Source: an uncultured virus (IMG/VR IMGVR_UViG_3300030202_002165)
Taxonomy: Duplodnaviria; Heunggongvirae; Uroviricota; Caudoviricetes
Reading direction: 5' to 3' (one strand)
DNA length: 64,000 nt
Virus record (IMG/VR): IMGVR_UViG_3300030202_002165
Shown here: one piece after another, positions 1 to 10,103 of the stretch
Position numbering within the stretch: the stretch's first letter is position 1
How the letters are laid out: each line of letters opens with the position of its first letter
Notes under the pieces: generated by a model
What the model was told of the DNA's origin: nothing
The model's database searches: none
Seen by the model: the letters and a program-made list of their open reading frames with translations, nothing else
Made by a program: the position numbers and the translations under genes

Positions 1-333
1 AAAGCTTGTCCACATTTAATAGAAAAACATATGAGATGTGGTAAGTGTGGATGTATGATAGAGCATAAAGCTAAATGGAGAACAACTACATGCCCAGATG
101 ATCCCCCTAGATGGAAACCGTTAGATCAAGGTCCGCAAACTAAAGCAGAAGCAGCGTATTTTAATATGCAAAAAATACAGCATGCACAAGAAATTCTTAA
201 AAGAGAAGCTCAAGACGCTAAAAGAAAAAAGTTAAATATAGCACTTTCAGAACCTGTAGATATAACTGCAGAAGAAATAGAAGAATATAAGAAAAATAAA
301 GAAGCAGGATATACTGACTACGAAAATGTCTAA
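1..333 (+). CDS. Cys-rich putative Zn-binding phage protein (5'-truncated by window)
   Basis: Frame is open from base 1 (KACPHLIEKHMRCGKCGC...KAKW...CP...W), so the true start lies upstream of the ATG at 31; CP/CxxCGC/CP pattern. Confidence 0.55.
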   Translation, partial: KACPHLIEKHMRCGKCGCMIEHKAKWRTTTCPDDPPRWKPLDQGPQTKAEAAYFNMQKIQHAQEILKREAQDAKRKKLNIALSEPVDITAEEIEEYKKNKEAGYTDYENV

Positions 334-547
334 AAAACTTATGATTTATAAGTTAGCTAATAAATATAATTTACCTCTTCAAAAAGTTGAAGAAATAGTA
401 AATTATCAATTTAAATATGTAGCCAAAATTATGAAAGAAGGAAATTTTGAAGCTGTTAGATTACCTTATTTTGGAAAATTTTCTGTAAACAGTAATAGAA
501 TTAAACATATAACTAATTTAAAAAATGGCAAAAAAAATAATATATAA
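326..547 (+). CDS. HU/IHF-like DNA-binding protein
   Basis: 73 aa, basic, helical N-terminus then VRLPYFGKFSV (HU/IHF 'V.L.GFG.F' strand motif); IHF-like genes near terminase are typical of crAss-like phages. Confidence 0.75.
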   Translation: MSKKLMIYKLANKYNLPLQKVEEIVNYQFKYVAKIMKEGNFEAVRLPYFGKFSVNSNRIKHITNLKNGKKNNI

Positions 548-827
548 TCCTAAATTTGTAAAATTAGCGGATTTAAAATCTAAAGAAAATAAAATATCTA
601 CTATTGACTATCTTAGAGAAGAGTGTTATGATTGGGCAAAGTTAAAAGAAGATATTAAAAGAGATGGGTTATTATGTCCTATAAGAATATATTTTATAGA
701 GGATGATGATGCTCCCTATATAGCAGACGGCAGGCATAGAGTTAAAGTGTTAAAAGAATTATATTCAGACAAACATTTAGTCCCTGTAACTTTAAAAGAA
801 GGTGCATATATGAAAAACTGTAAATAA
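525..827 (+). CDS. Stand-alone ParB/Srx N-terminal-like domain protein
   Basis: LKEDIKRDGLLCPIRI...YIADGRHRVKVL matches ParB box I/II (G.L.PI.V; I.DG.HR). Confidence 0.7.
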   Translation: MAKKIIYNPKFVKLADLKSKENKISTIDYLREECYDWAKLKEDIKRDGLLCPIRIYFIEDDDAPYIADGRHRVKVLKELYSDKHLVPVTLKEGAYMKNCK

Positions 828-828
828 T

Positions 829-1350
829 ATGGCATTTCAAGATGATTTAATATATATAAAAGATAATAGAGCTATTCCTACAGCGTATGCAAAGCAGATA
901 ATAGAATTTAAAAAACTATCTGCTTCTGAGTTAGCATTTGTTTATTTTATGGTAGATCATAGATCGCCTTTTGCAGTTTATGGGTGGGAACAGCGTATTA
1001 TTGAAGTAAAAAATAGTATATTTGGCGAGAAAAATAAATTTACACCTTCAGCTAAAGTCCTTGGAGCCTGTACAAAATATGAGAAACTAATTGAAACTTC
1101 AGCAGTTAGATTATTAAAAGCTGCAAAAGAATCTATAGTAAAATTAGAGAAATATTTTAGAACAATAGATTTACAAATGTTAGATGATAATGGTAAACCT
1201 ATTTATCATGCTAAAGATTTAATAAACAATCTAGAAAAAATGGGAAAAGTAGTAGATGGATTAACTAGATTAGAAGATATAGTTAAAAAAGAAGAACAAG
1301 CTGCTAATACAAATAGAGGAGGAATTGAAGTAAACAAATATAGTATGTAA
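829..1350 (+). CDS. Conserved crAss-like protein upstream of TerL (candidate terminase small subunit)
   Basis: Position before TerL, helical content, C-terminal RGG; function inferred only. Confidence 0.45.
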   Translation: MAFQDDLIYIKDNRAIPTAYAKQIIEFKKLSASELAFVYFMVDHRSPFAVYGWEQRIIEVKNSIFGEKNKFTPSAKVLGACTKYEKLIETSAVRLLKAAKESIVKLEKYFRTIDLQMLDDNGKPIYHAKDLINNLEKMGKVVDGLTRLEDIVKKEEQAANTNRGGIEVNKYSM

Positions 1351-1628
1351 TGGATTTTTTAGAAGATTTAGAATTATATAATACAGCAATGGATAATGCG
1401 TATAATGTTATTACTGGTAAAATAACAATAGAGCAAGTTTATGTTGAATTAGAAGATGCTGAAGAAGATCTAGAATTCCCTTTACCTTTTAATCCTTTTT
1501 TACATGAGGATGTTAGCGATGCAGAAATAGATTTAATCATTGAGCATTTTATAGCATTAGAAGAATATGAAAAATGCCAAGAGCTGGTTAATTGTAAAAA
1601 AGAAGTAGATGTTACAAAACACGAATAG
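1350..1628 (+). CDS. Acidic hypothetical protein
   Basis: TAATG coupling with upstream gene, overlap with TerL start; EEYEKC UVR-like helix motif. Confidence 0.55.
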   Translation: MDFLEDLELYNTAMDNAYNVITGKITIEQVYVELEDAEEDLEFPLPFNPFLHEDVSDAEIDLIIEHFIALEEYEKCQELVNCKKEVDVTKHE

Positions 1629-3573
1629 AGCTAGGCCTGCTGCAATTGCATTCTTAAAAAATGGCGTTTATACTAACGCTTTACCAGGTACAAAAGATTA
1701 CTACGATTATTGGGACCAAGAGGCTAAACGATGTGTATATGGATATACAATAGACGATTTTCATATTACCGGATTTCATTATTTTTATTTAAATTATTGT
1801 CCTATAGATAGGGCTATTGATGAGTTAATGCCAGATGGTACTATACAGTCTAAACGTGAAAGAAGTTTTCCAAGATTTTATGATGGAGATTATCAATATT
1901 TTCATCAAATAGATAAAGCTAGATCAGAAAATAAACATATGATTGTTCTAAAAGCTAGACGTAAAGGTTATTCTTACAAAGCTGGAGCAATGCTTGCGCG
2001 AAACTATTTCTTTGTCCGTAATAGTAAAAACTTTGTCTTTGCATCTCAAAAAGAATACTTAATTGGTGATGGTCTTTTATCTAAAGCGTGGGAATTTCTA
2101 TCATTTATAGATGATCATACAGCTTGGGCGCAACCGCGTTTAAGAGATAGAGAAATGCATAAAATGTCAGGATATAAAAAGAAAGTTAATGGGCTTGAGA
2201 TTGAGATGGGTATGAAATCTCAAATAATGGGAGTTTCATTAAAAGATGCACCCGACAAGGTGAGAGGTAAGGCGGGAGAACTTGTTTTCTTTGAAGAAGC
2301 TGGTTCTTTCCCTGGCCTCCTAAAAGCATGGGAGGTAACAATGCCTACGATGAGGCAAGGTGCAAAAACATTAGGATTAATGGTAGCTTTTGGTACAGGC
2401 GGTACAGAAGGAGCTGATTTTGAAGCTATGGAAGAAATATTTTACAATCCTGCAGCATATGATTGTATGGAATATGAAAATATATGGGATGAAGGAGCCA
2501 TGGGTAGTAGATGTGGTTATTTTATTCCTATACAAACTAACCTGGACGGATTCATAGACGATCAAGGAAATTCACTAGAAAGCGATGCTATTGAATACGA
2601 AAAAGGTATGAGGGAAAAGAAAAAGGGAGCTGCAGACGCAAAATCATTAGACCAATATATTGCAGAACACCCTTTTTCTCCTCAAGAAGCTACATTACAA
2701 GTAACAGCTAATTTATTTGATGTTGCATCTTTACAAGAGCAATATAATAAAATAAAATCTAATAATTTACAATCTATTGGAACTATCGGTAGATTATATT
2801 ATGATAAAAATGAAGAAATAAAGTTTAAGATTGATGGAGATCTTAGACAGATTATAAAGTTTCCACATAGGAAAGATGATGATACTACTGGTGGAGTTAT
2901 TGTATATGAATCTCCATATAAAAATGAAAAGCAGCAAGTACCTTTAAATATGTATATTATTTGTCATGACCCGTATGGGCAAAATCAATCAGCAGACTCT
3001 ACATCTTTAGGAGCGGCTTATGTTATTAAAAGACCTAATAATATATCTCATCCAGATGATATTATAGTTGCATCTTATGTAGGTAGGCCAAAAACACAAG
3101 ATGAATATAATAGAAATCTATTTATGTTAGCAGATTATTATGGATGTAAGATAGGATTTGAGAACGATCGAGGAGAAGTTATAGCCTACGCTAAACGACA
3201 TAGAAAGTTACATAGATTACAGGAAGAATTTGAGATGTTAGATAAAAAAGAACTTAGAAGTAAAACAGTAAAACGTCAATATGGAATGCATATGACAGAA
3301 GCAAGAAAAAGACAGGGAGAAATTTATATTAGAGATTGGTTAAATTCTCCACGACATAAAACTGAAGATGGAAAATATACGTTAAATTTGCATAAAATAT
3401 ATGATCCTGCGTTCTTAATGGAACTAATTAAATTTAATCACGTAGGTAACTTTGACCGTGTAATGGCATTTATGATTGGGATGTTTCATACTAGAGAGCT
3501 ATATAATGCAGAAATTAAAGAAGTATTAGAAGATAATGCTACTAATAGCTGGTTTGATACAAACTATTACTAG
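1609..3573 (+). CDS. terL: Terminase large subunit
   Basis: Walker A LKARRKGYS, Walker B VFFEEAG, GTGG coupling motif, RNase H-like nuclease with ICHDPY and GNFDRVMA, as in crAss-like TerL. Confidence 0.95.
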   Translation: MLQNTNRARPAAIAFLKNGVYTNALPGTKDYYDYWDQEAKRCVYGYTIDDFHITGFHYFYLNYCPIDRAIDELMPDGTIQSKRERSFPRFYDGDYQYFHQIDKARSENKHMIVLKARRKGYSYKAGAMLARNYFFVRNSKNFVFASQKEYLIGDGLLSKAWEFLSFIDDHTAWAQPRLRDREMHKMSGYKKKVNGLEIEMGMKSQIMGVSLKDAPDKVRGKAGELVFFEEAGSFPGLLKAWEVTMPTMRQGAKTLGLMVAFGTGGTEGADFEAMEEIFYNPAAYDCMEYENIWDEGAMGSRCGYFIPIQTNLDGFIDDQGNSLESDAIEYEKGMREKKKGAADAKSLDQYIAEHPFSPQEATLQVTANLFDVASLQEQYNKIKSNNLQSIGTIGRLYYDKNEEIKFKIDGDLRQIIKFPHRKDDDTTGGVIVYESPYKNEKQQVPLNMYIICHDPYGQNQSADSTSLGAAYVIKRPNNISHPDDIIVASYVGRPKTQDEYNRNLFMLADYYGCKIGFENDRGEVIAYAKRHRKLHRLQEEFEMLDKKELRSKTVKRQYGMHMTEARKRQGEIYIRDWLNSPRHKTEDGKYTLNLHKIYDPAFLMELIKFNHVGNFDRVMAFMIGMFHTRELYNAEIKEVLEDNATNSWFDTNYY

Positions 3574-3644
3574 TGATATATTTATAAAAAAAGCTTAAAT
3601 ATTTATTCACTTATTAAAAATTGAGATAAATTTAATTAAATTTG
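3569..3644 (+). promoter_or_regulatory. Putative late promoter P1 (upstream box plus Bacteroidota -7 element) for portal
   Basis: ACTAGTGATATATTTATAA at 3569-3587 and TAAATTTG (TAnnTTTG) at 3637-3644, 6 nt before the portal ATG; same architecture at 6454 and 11025. Confidence 0.7.
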
Positions 3645-3650
3645 TAGATT

Positions 3651-5981
3651 ATGGGATACGAAAAAATACCTAGACAAAAACTTCCAATGTCTAAGAAGGG
3701 AGAAAAATGGAGACGCGAATGTGTAGAAGCCTACATAGACTTATCCAACCAAGGTACTGGATATACATCTAGTAGGGAAGACTTAAGAAGATTTTATGAT
3801 TACTATAACGGTATAATTGATGAAGGCGATTATAGATACGTATTACAACCTTACGGGAAATCTCGGAAAAATTTTCCATCCCAAATGCGTAATTATCCCA
3901 TAATTAAACCTATAATTGATTTACTTTTAGGAGAGAAGTCCAAAAGGCCTCTCAATTATACCGTTACAGTACAAAACTCTGACACTGTCACTTTAAAGGA
4001 ACAAGCTTTAAATGATATGTTAATGGAAAACTTTAAAAAACAATTTGTTAATGAGTTAGGCGAAAAGGGTGTTGAAACCGGTATGGATCCTATGGAAGTA
4101 CAAGTACCTGAGCATATTTTATCGATGTTTGAAGATTCATATGTAGATAATAGAGCTATATTAGGACAAAAAGCTTTAAACTATATTATGTACAACGAAG
4201 AGCTAAGAGAAAAGTTTAATAAAGCATGGTTTCATTTTTTAGTTTCTGGGCAAACTTATACCTTAAGAGGTGTTAGAAATGGAGAAACTTTTTATGAAGT
4301 ATTAAATCCAGTAGATGTAGATTATGATTTAGATCCAGATTTAGATTATGTAGAAGATGGAGATTGGGCTTTAGTTAGAAAATGGGTACATGCTTCTTCA
4401 GTTATTGATAATTATTATGATTATTTATCTGAAGACCAAGTGTTAGAATTAGAAAATCCTACTCATTCTGAAACTGATAATTACTTTTTATATGCTAGTG
4501 CTGCAAGTAAAGATCCAAATTCTTATAGGAATAGACTAGTAGAAGTAATTAATGTATATTGGAAATCAAGAAAACGTGTAGGCTTTATGGCTTATGTAGA
4601 TCCAATGACAGGCCAAATGGAAGAGCAAGAAGTTGAAGATGGATATAGAATGCCTATGGAATTAAAAGAAATGGGTGCAAAACTAGAATGGCTATGGGTA
4701 AATGAAGTATGGCAAGGGACAAGAATTGATGGGAGATTTTATATAAATGTTAGACCAGTTCCTAATCAAAGGCAATCAATAGATGATGCGTCTACGTGTA
4801 AACTTCCAATTAATGGGAGAAGATATTCAAATATAAATACTTCAAATATATCATTGGTTCAATTAGGAATTCCTTATCAATTGAATTATAATATTTATAA
4901 ATATAGATTAGAGTTAGCAATTGCTAGAAGTAAAGATATTGTTGCTCAATTTGATATTAATATGATCCCTAAAAAATGGGATATGGATAAATTTATGTAT
5001 TATGTAGAAGGTACAGGAATAGCATGGGTAGATTATAATAAAGAAGGAATACAATTATCACCTCAGCATCAATCTGTACTTGATATGTCTATTAAAACAA
5101 TAGAGCAGTATATTGTTCTTCTTAACTCTATTATGGAAGAGTGGGAAAAATTGTCAGGAGTTAGTAGACAAAGACAAGGAGAGATTGGACAATATGAAGG
5201 TAAGTCAGCATCTCAACAAGCTATTGTACAATCTTCTCATATTACTGAAGATTTATTTAAAAAGTTTGAAGGCATGGAAAAAAGAGATATGCAAGCTTTA
5301 TTAGATTATTCAAAAGAAGCTTGGCATACTGGTAAAAAAGCTATGTATATAATGCCTGATGGCACGCAAGAATTTTTAGACATAGGTACTGTTAATTATA
5401 TGGAAGCAAATTTTGGAGTATTTGTATCTAACTCTGGAAAAGATCAGGAAAAATTAGATATGATAAAAGGAATGTCACAAGCTATGATTCAAAACGGATT
5501 ACCTGCATCAGCTGCTATGGAAATTTTTGAATCTGATAGTTTCCCTATTATTAAAAGTAAAATTAAAAAAGCAGAAAAAGCTCAAGAAGAATTAGAACAA
5601 CAGCAACAACAAGCGCAACAGCAAATAGAGCAGCAAAAATTACAAGCAGAGCAAGAAAGAATTCAACTTGAATTAAACGAAAAACAAAAAGATAGAGATA
5701 ATGCAATTAGAATTGCTTTAATTCAATCAGAAGGAGCGGATGTAGCGCAAAATGTTAAACAAGCGAAAGACATAAAAGATTTTACAACTTCTTTAAAAGA
5801 AATTGAAATAAAAAATCTAGCTCAACAGGAAGTAGAAAGATCTAATAAAGCAAGTGAATCTATTAAAAGGGATGAGTTAAAAATGAAAGAAAGATCAGAT
5901 CGTTTAAAAGCCAGAACAGAAAATAAAAAGATGGCTTCATCAGAAAGAATTTCTAAAAATAAACCTAAAACGTCACAATGA
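3651..5981 (+). CDS. Portal protein
   Basis: Directly after TerL; 776 aa; NYPIIKPIIDLLLGE, WVNEVWQG.RI, SGVSRQRQG motifs of crAss-like portals; coiled-coil C-terminus. Confidence 0.9.
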   Translation: MGYEKIPRQKLPMSKKGEKWRRECVEAYIDLSNQGTGYTSSREDLRRFYDYYNGIIDEGDYRYVLQPYGKSRKNFPSQMRNYPIIKPIIDLLLGEKSKRPLNYTVTVQNSDTVTLKEQALNDMLMENFKKQFVNELGEKGVETGMDPMEVQVPEHILSMFEDSYVDNRAILGQKALNYIMYNEELREKFNKAWFHFLVSGQTYTLRGVRNGETFYEVLNPVDVDYDLDPDLDYVEDGDWALVRKWVHASSVIDNYYDYLSEDQVLELENPTHSETDNYFLYASAASKDPNSYRNRLVEVINVYWKSRKRVGFMAYVDPMTGQMEEQEVEDGYRMPMELKEMGAKLEWLWVNEVWQGTRIDGRFYINVRPVPNQRQSIDDASTCKLPINGRRYSNINTSNISLVQLGIPYQLNYNIYKYRLELAIARSKDIVAQFDINMIPKKWDMDKFMYYVEGTGIAWVDYNKEGIQLSPQHQSVLDMSIKTIEQYIVLLNSIMEEWEKLSGVSRQRQGEIGQYEGKSASQQAIVQSSHITEDLFKKFEGMEKRDMQALLDYSKEAWHTGKKAMYIMPDGTQEFLDIGTVNYMEANFGVFVSNSGKDQEKLDMIKGMSQAMIQNGLPASAAMEIFESDSFPIIKSKIKKAEKAQEELEQQQQQAQQQIEQQKLQAEQERIQLELNEKQKDRDNAIRIALIQSEGADVAQNVKQAKDIKDFTTSLKEIEIKNLAQQEVERSNKASESIKRDELKMKERSDRLKARTENKKMASSERISKNKPKTSQ

Positions 5982-6454
5982 TAGATCTAGACAGGCAATT
6001 TGAAATAATAAAACAAGCTACTGCAGAAGGATATAAAGGAAATTTTAGCGATTTAATAATGCAAGAAGCGCAAGCTTTACAGCAACAACAGCAGCAACAA
6101 CAACAACAAAATCCTGAGCAGCCTCAAGTTCAACAACCTCAACAACCAATGCCTGCAGCAATGGCGCCCCCAGCACAAGAAGGGGCAGGTGATTTAATTC
6201 AATCATATCAAGATGCTCCTCCAGGGGTAGCTAATAATCCTGTAGGAGAAAATGTTTCAAATGTAGTTTCAGATGCAAGTTCTTATCAAGATGGGGGAGT
6301 TTACAGGGTAGCAGATATGATGTCGTACAAGAAAGGAGGCTATACAGATGCAAAAGTTGACTCTAGAGCAGAGAAAATTAGAGAAGATGTTATCAAAATG
6401 GCATTTCAAGATAAAAAAAAGAATGGCGGGTATAAATCAAAATACCACTGGTAA
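5978..6454 (+). CDS. Q/P-rich low-complexity protein, putative internal head protein
   Basis: ATGA overlap with portal stop; poly-Q; YQDGG, YKKGG and KKNGG motifs shared with cargo genes. Confidence 0.6.
   Translation: MIDLDRQFEIIKQATAEGYKGNFSDLIMQEAQALQQQQQQQQQQNPEQPQVQQPQQPMPAAMAPPAQEGAGDLIQSYQDAPPGVANNPVGENVSNVVSDASSYQDGGVYRVADMMSYKKGGYTDAKVDSRAEKIREDVIKMAFQDKKKNGGYKSKYHW
6080..6109 (+). repeat. CAA/CAG trinucleotide tract (10 Gln)
   Basis: cagcaacaacagcagcaacaacaacaacaa read directly. Confidence 0.9.
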
Positions 6455-6525
6455 GTGTTATATAATAAAGGAAAAACCAAAAAACCAAAAACTATAAAAA
6501 ATATTAATATAATTACTTAAATTTG
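6454..6525 (+). promoter_or_regulatory. Putative late promoter P2 for scaffold-MCP operon
   Basis: AGTGTTATATAATAAA at 6454 and TAAATTTG at 6518-6525, 64 bp spacing, intergenic. Confidence 0.7.
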
Positions 6526-6547
6526 TAACCTAAAACAATAAATATAT

Positions 6548-7678
6548 ATGAACCCAAATGAAAAAATACAACTTGACGACATCACATTTGATGATGTTAT
6601 CGGTGGTGAGGGAATAGATACGCTCCCTACAGAACTAGCGGTTGAAGAACCCACAAAAACTGAATCTTCAGATGAGCTTGAAAAAGATATTGAAGGTAAG
6701 AAAGAAGAAGTAAAAGAAGAAAAAGAAGAAGAACCAGAAGTACAGGAAGAAAAACCTAAACTTAAAAAGGTTACCGAGGATGATGAAGAATCTTCAGATG
6801 AACTTGAAGAGGATTCAAAAGAAGCAGACGTAAGTGTTGTGCATGAAGTATTAGGAAAGCTTGGCTTTGAAACAGAAGGCATGGAATATGCAGATACTGC
6901 AGAAGGTCTAGCTAATTTAACTGAAGATATAGCTTCTCAATTAGCAGATGAAAAAATGGAAAATACTTTAGAAAAATTTCCACTAGTTAAAGATCATTTA
7001 CAATATGTTTTAAATGGAGGAGAATCTCAAACTTTTATGCAAGCATATGATCCTAATCTAGATTATACAAAAATAGAACTAGGAGAAAGTGATGTAAGAA
7101 GTCAAAAAGCAATTTTAGGAGATTACTTTACAGTAAAAGGACATGATCAAGAATTTATTAAAGAATTATTAGAAGATTATGAAGATACTGGAAAATTACA
7201 TAATAAAGCGGTTCAAGCAAAAGAAGCTTTAGCTAAAGTTCAATCACAGCAAAGAGAACAAATGTTAATCAAGCAGCAAGAAGAAGTTGCAGGCCAACAA
7301 AAAGAATTAAGAGAATATTGGGAAGGTGTAGCAGACACTTTGGAAAAAGGTAAAGATTTTTCAGGGTTGAGTATCCCAGAGAGAGAAAAGGGTAAATTTT
7401 ATTCTTATCTTTCTGCTCCTGTTAATAAGGAGGGCTACACACAACGTGATTTAGATCATGGTAAAGCGCCAATGGAAACTAAATTAGCAATAGATTATCT
7501 AATGTTTAAAGGATTTAATCTAGAGCAAATTATAAATACAAAGGCAAGTACCAAAGCAACTAAATCCCTGAGAGATAAGATTGCTAGAAACGAAGAGAAA
7601 GTTAAAAGTTCTCGGGCTAAGTCTAGAAAGAGAAGAGAGAATGTAGATTTTGATGATCTTGATCTTAGTAAATTGTAA
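6548..7678 (+). CDS. Acidic scaffold-like protein preceding MCP
   Basis: Very E/D-rich N-terminus, coiled coil, basic tail, immediately upstream of MCP as in crAss-like phages. Confidence 0.7.
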   Translation: MNPNEKIQLDDITFDDVIGGEGIDTLPTELAVEEPTKTESSDELEKDIEGKKEEVKEEKEEEPEVQEEKPKLKKVTEDDEESSDELEEDSKEADVSVVHEVLGKLGFETEGMEYADTAEGLANLTEDIASQLADEKMENTLEKFPLVKDHLQYVLNGGESQTFMQAYDPNLDYTKIELGESDVRSQKAILGDYFTVKGHDQEFIKELLEDYEDTGKLHNKAVQAKEALAKVQSQQREQMLIKQQEEVAGQQKELREYWEGVADTLEKGKDFSGLSIPEREKGKFYSYLSAPVNKEGYTQRDLDHGKAPMETKLAIDYLMFKGFNLEQIINTKASTKATKSLRDKIARNEEKVKSSRAKSRKRRENVDFDDLDLSKL

Positions 7679-7716
7679 ACAACGATGAGTTGTATTAACC
7701 TTAAAAATAATTAAAA

Positions 7717-9153
7717 ATGAGCGGAACAAACATTAGCGTGCAGAAAAATTACTATAATGATGCACAAATGACAGACATGAACAGTCTATCAAACGCGCTA
7801 TTGGCTCGTCCAACAGAATTATCTCCGATAATTACTCACTTGGCAGGAAAAGACGATAAAAGGTTTCCACTATCTTTCTTAACGGAAGGTGTTGGTAATG
7901 TTAAGTCTATTGACAGATTGGAGTATGAATATCGTGTGAAAACTCATACATTGAAGACGAGACCATTAGCAACAACAAATGCAGGGGGTAGCCTTGGTTT
8001 AGGAGGAGCAACTTTTAACTTAATCTTCCCAGACAAGCACTTTGTATTTCCTTACGTATTAATTAACTCTGTTGGAGAACAAGTTAGAATTATGGCAGAG
8101 CCAGTAGCTTCAGGCGGTAACTGGTCTTATTCATGCCAACTAGTTGACCCAGATCCATTAGCAACTTTATCTTCAGGATTTACAGTTGGAGATCTTTGGG
8201 CTAAAATGTATGCACCGGTAGGAGTAGACTTCTCTAGAGGTAATGCTTCAAACTGGGAAACTCCAGGAAAAGTTCGTAATAAACTTACAACAATCAGAAA
8301 GTCTTACCATATGTCAGGTAACGCTAAAGATTTTGTAGCTGAGTTTACTTTACCAACTAAAGGAGGTAAAACTACAAAACTTTGGATGGACTATGAAGAG
8401 TACACACACATGCTTAACTTTAAAGAAGAGTGTGAAATGTACTACTGGTACGGACAAAAAACTTATGATGCTGCAGGTCAAACTTTCATGAATGACGAAA
8501 ACGGTCAGCCAGTTATGGTTGGACCTGGTCTTCTTGAGCAAATTATCAATAAAGATACTTACTCTACTTTAACAGAGTCTAAGATCAAAAATATTATTGG
8601 TGATTTATTTTATGGAATGACTGATGCATCGAAAAAACAAGTAACTCTTTACACTGGTACTGGCGGAGCTAGAGAATTTGATGAAGCATTAAAATCTCAC
8701 TTTGGTGGTGCTGCTAACTCTTGGAAAGTAGGTGGAACAGATCGTTTCATTACTGGATCAGGAAGAAGCTTAGGTTTGACTGGTTACTTTACAACTTACG
8801 AGCATGTAGATGGACACGTAGTAAATGTGGTTAAATTACCATTATTTGACCATGGTCCAGTAGCACAAGCTCGTGATAAGCACCCTGTTACAGGTTACTC
8901 AATGGAATCTTACAGAATGGTATTTGTTGATCAATCAAATTATGATGGTCAAAATAACCTTTCAATGCTTTCTAAAAAAGGCAGAGAGATGATGAGATGG
9001 TGTGTAGCTGGTTCAGTAGTTCCTAGAGGATTTGATTCATCTTCTTCTAGAGCGTCTGATGTAGACGGTGCAAGTGTTCACATGTTAAAAACAGCTGGTA
9101 TCATCTTAAGAAGATTTGATACTTCGCTAGACATTACATGTAACGCTGTTTAA
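7717..9153 (+). CDS. Major capsid protein (crAss-like, HK97 fold)
   Basis: 478 aa; RNKLTTIRKSY, GPGLLEQI, LYTGTGGAREFD, KLPLFDHG, SYRMVFVD, SDVDG motifs of crAss-like MCP; followed by a terminator. Confidence 0.93.
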   Translation: MSGTNISVQKNYYNDAQMTDMNSLSNALLARPTELSPIITHLAGKDDKRFPLSFLTEGVGNVKSIDRLEYEYRVKTHTLKTRPLATTNAGGSLGLGGATFNLIFPDKHFVFPYVLINSVGEQVRIMAEPVASGGNWSYSCQLVDPDPLATLSSGFTVGDLWAKMYAPVGVDFSRGNASNWETPGKVRNKLTTIRKSYHMSGNAKDFVAEFTLPTKGGKTTKLWMDYEEYTHMLNFKEECEMYYWYGQKTYDAAGQTFMNDENGQPVMVGPGLLEQIINKDTYSTLTESKIKNIIGDLFYGMTDASKKQVTLYTGTGGAREFDEALKSHFGGAANSWKVGGTDRFITGSGRSLGLTGYFTTYEHVDGHVVNVVKLPLFDHGPVAQARDKHPVTGYSMESYRMVFVDQSNYDGQNNLSMLSKKGREMMRWCVAGSVVPRGFDSSSSRASDVDGASVHMLKTAGIILRRFDTSLDITCNAV

Positions 9154-9190
9154 TGAGGCATTAATTTGCGTTTATATATATTGGTTTTTG

Positions 9191-9226
9191 ATTGAGGATG
9201 TGGGGGGAAACCCCCACGTCTTTAAT
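9191..9226 (+). terminator. Rho-independent terminator after MCP
   Basis: GATGTGGGGG-GAAA-CCCCCACGTC hairpin (9197-9220, one G:U, GNRA loop) followed by TTTAATT. Confidence 0.75.
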
Positions 9227-9292
9227 TAATTAACATATGCGGGGAGTTATTCTTTACACCCACCTAATTAAAACTTTAAAAGAACTATTATT

Positions 9293-10102
9293 ATGGATAA
9301 AAAAGTGTATTTAAGGCGAAAAGAGATTATGAATCATTTGCCTAAAGAAGTAAGAGCAGAAGCTGTTCTTAAACTAAGTAGTGTTTATGTAAATAGACAA
9401 CCATTAAATCCTTTTACTCGTGCAGACGAAAAAAAGTATTTAGATGGAATTTTGGATGTAGCTCCAGAGCATCCAGACTGGCCAAGGCATTCTAAAACGT
9501 TTTGGGCAGATTTAACTATTCCAGTGGGTTTTACTGGGGTAGAACTGGATATTAGCACAGATAAGGAAGGTAATCCTAGAAGTATTATGGATTATATTAA
9601 ATATCATTTTGCTATTAAGCATCCACATGTTGGATTAACAAAAGAAGAAATGAGTAAAACTTCGCAAAAGCGTTTTTATATTCATGATGAGTCTAGAGAT
9701 GTAAAAAATAGAAACTCAGAAATTCAACGTAAAAAAGATGCAGATAAAGAATTTATTAAACTTTCATCAGATCCAAAATCTATGAAAAGAGTTCTTAGAA
9801 TTTTATCAGATGCAAATCCGGATAGATTAACTGAAGATCAAATTGAAAATGCTTTATACGATTTAAAATCAAAAAGTCCTGTAAAATTTGTAAAAATTGC
9901 TACAGATAAAAACTTAACATTTAAAGCTGAGATTGAAGAATTAGTATCAGCCGGAGTGTTAAGAAAAATTGGTAATCAGGTAATTTTTATAGATGAAGTT
10001 ATTGGAGACACTGTTGAAGATGCGGTAGTATATCTAAAAGATAAAAAGAATTCAGGACAGTTAACAATAATGAGAGCAAAATTAAAAGAATTAGCTTTAT
10101 AA
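9293..10102 (+). CDS. Conserved crAss-like protein downstream of MCP
   Basis: Position after MCP; NP.SIMDYIKYHFAIKHPHV and C-terminal IGDTVEDAVVYLKD patterns. Confidence 0.7.
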   Translation: MDKKVYLRRKEIMNHLPKEVRAEAVLKLSSVYVNRQPLNPFTRADEKKYLDGILDVAPEHPDWPRHSKTFWADLTIPVGFTGVELDISTDKEGNPRSIMDYIKYHFAIKHPHVGLTKEEMSKTSQKRFYIHDESRDVKNRNSEIQRKKDADKEFIKLSSDPKSMKRVLRILSDANPDRLTEDQIENALYDLKSKSPVKFVKIATDKNLTFKAEIEELVSAGVLRKIGNQVIFIDEVIGDTVEDAVVYLKDKKNSGQLTIMRAKLKELAL

Positions 10103-10103
10103 C

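Noticed and set aside
491..558. AGTAATAGAA...TAAATTTG as a fourth promoter copy
   Set aside because: Box match is only 7/10 and spacing is 60 bp; such 8-mers are frequent in AT-rich DNA
6662..6808. 21 bp near-direct repeat (ESSDELE twice) in the scaffold gene
   Set aside because: Explained by duplication within a low-complexity acidic region; no sign of a regulatory or mobile role
1609..9153. Inteins or group I introns in TerL, portal or MCP
   Set aside because: ORFs are continuous and of ordinary length, with no intein splice-junction or homing endonuclease motifs recognised
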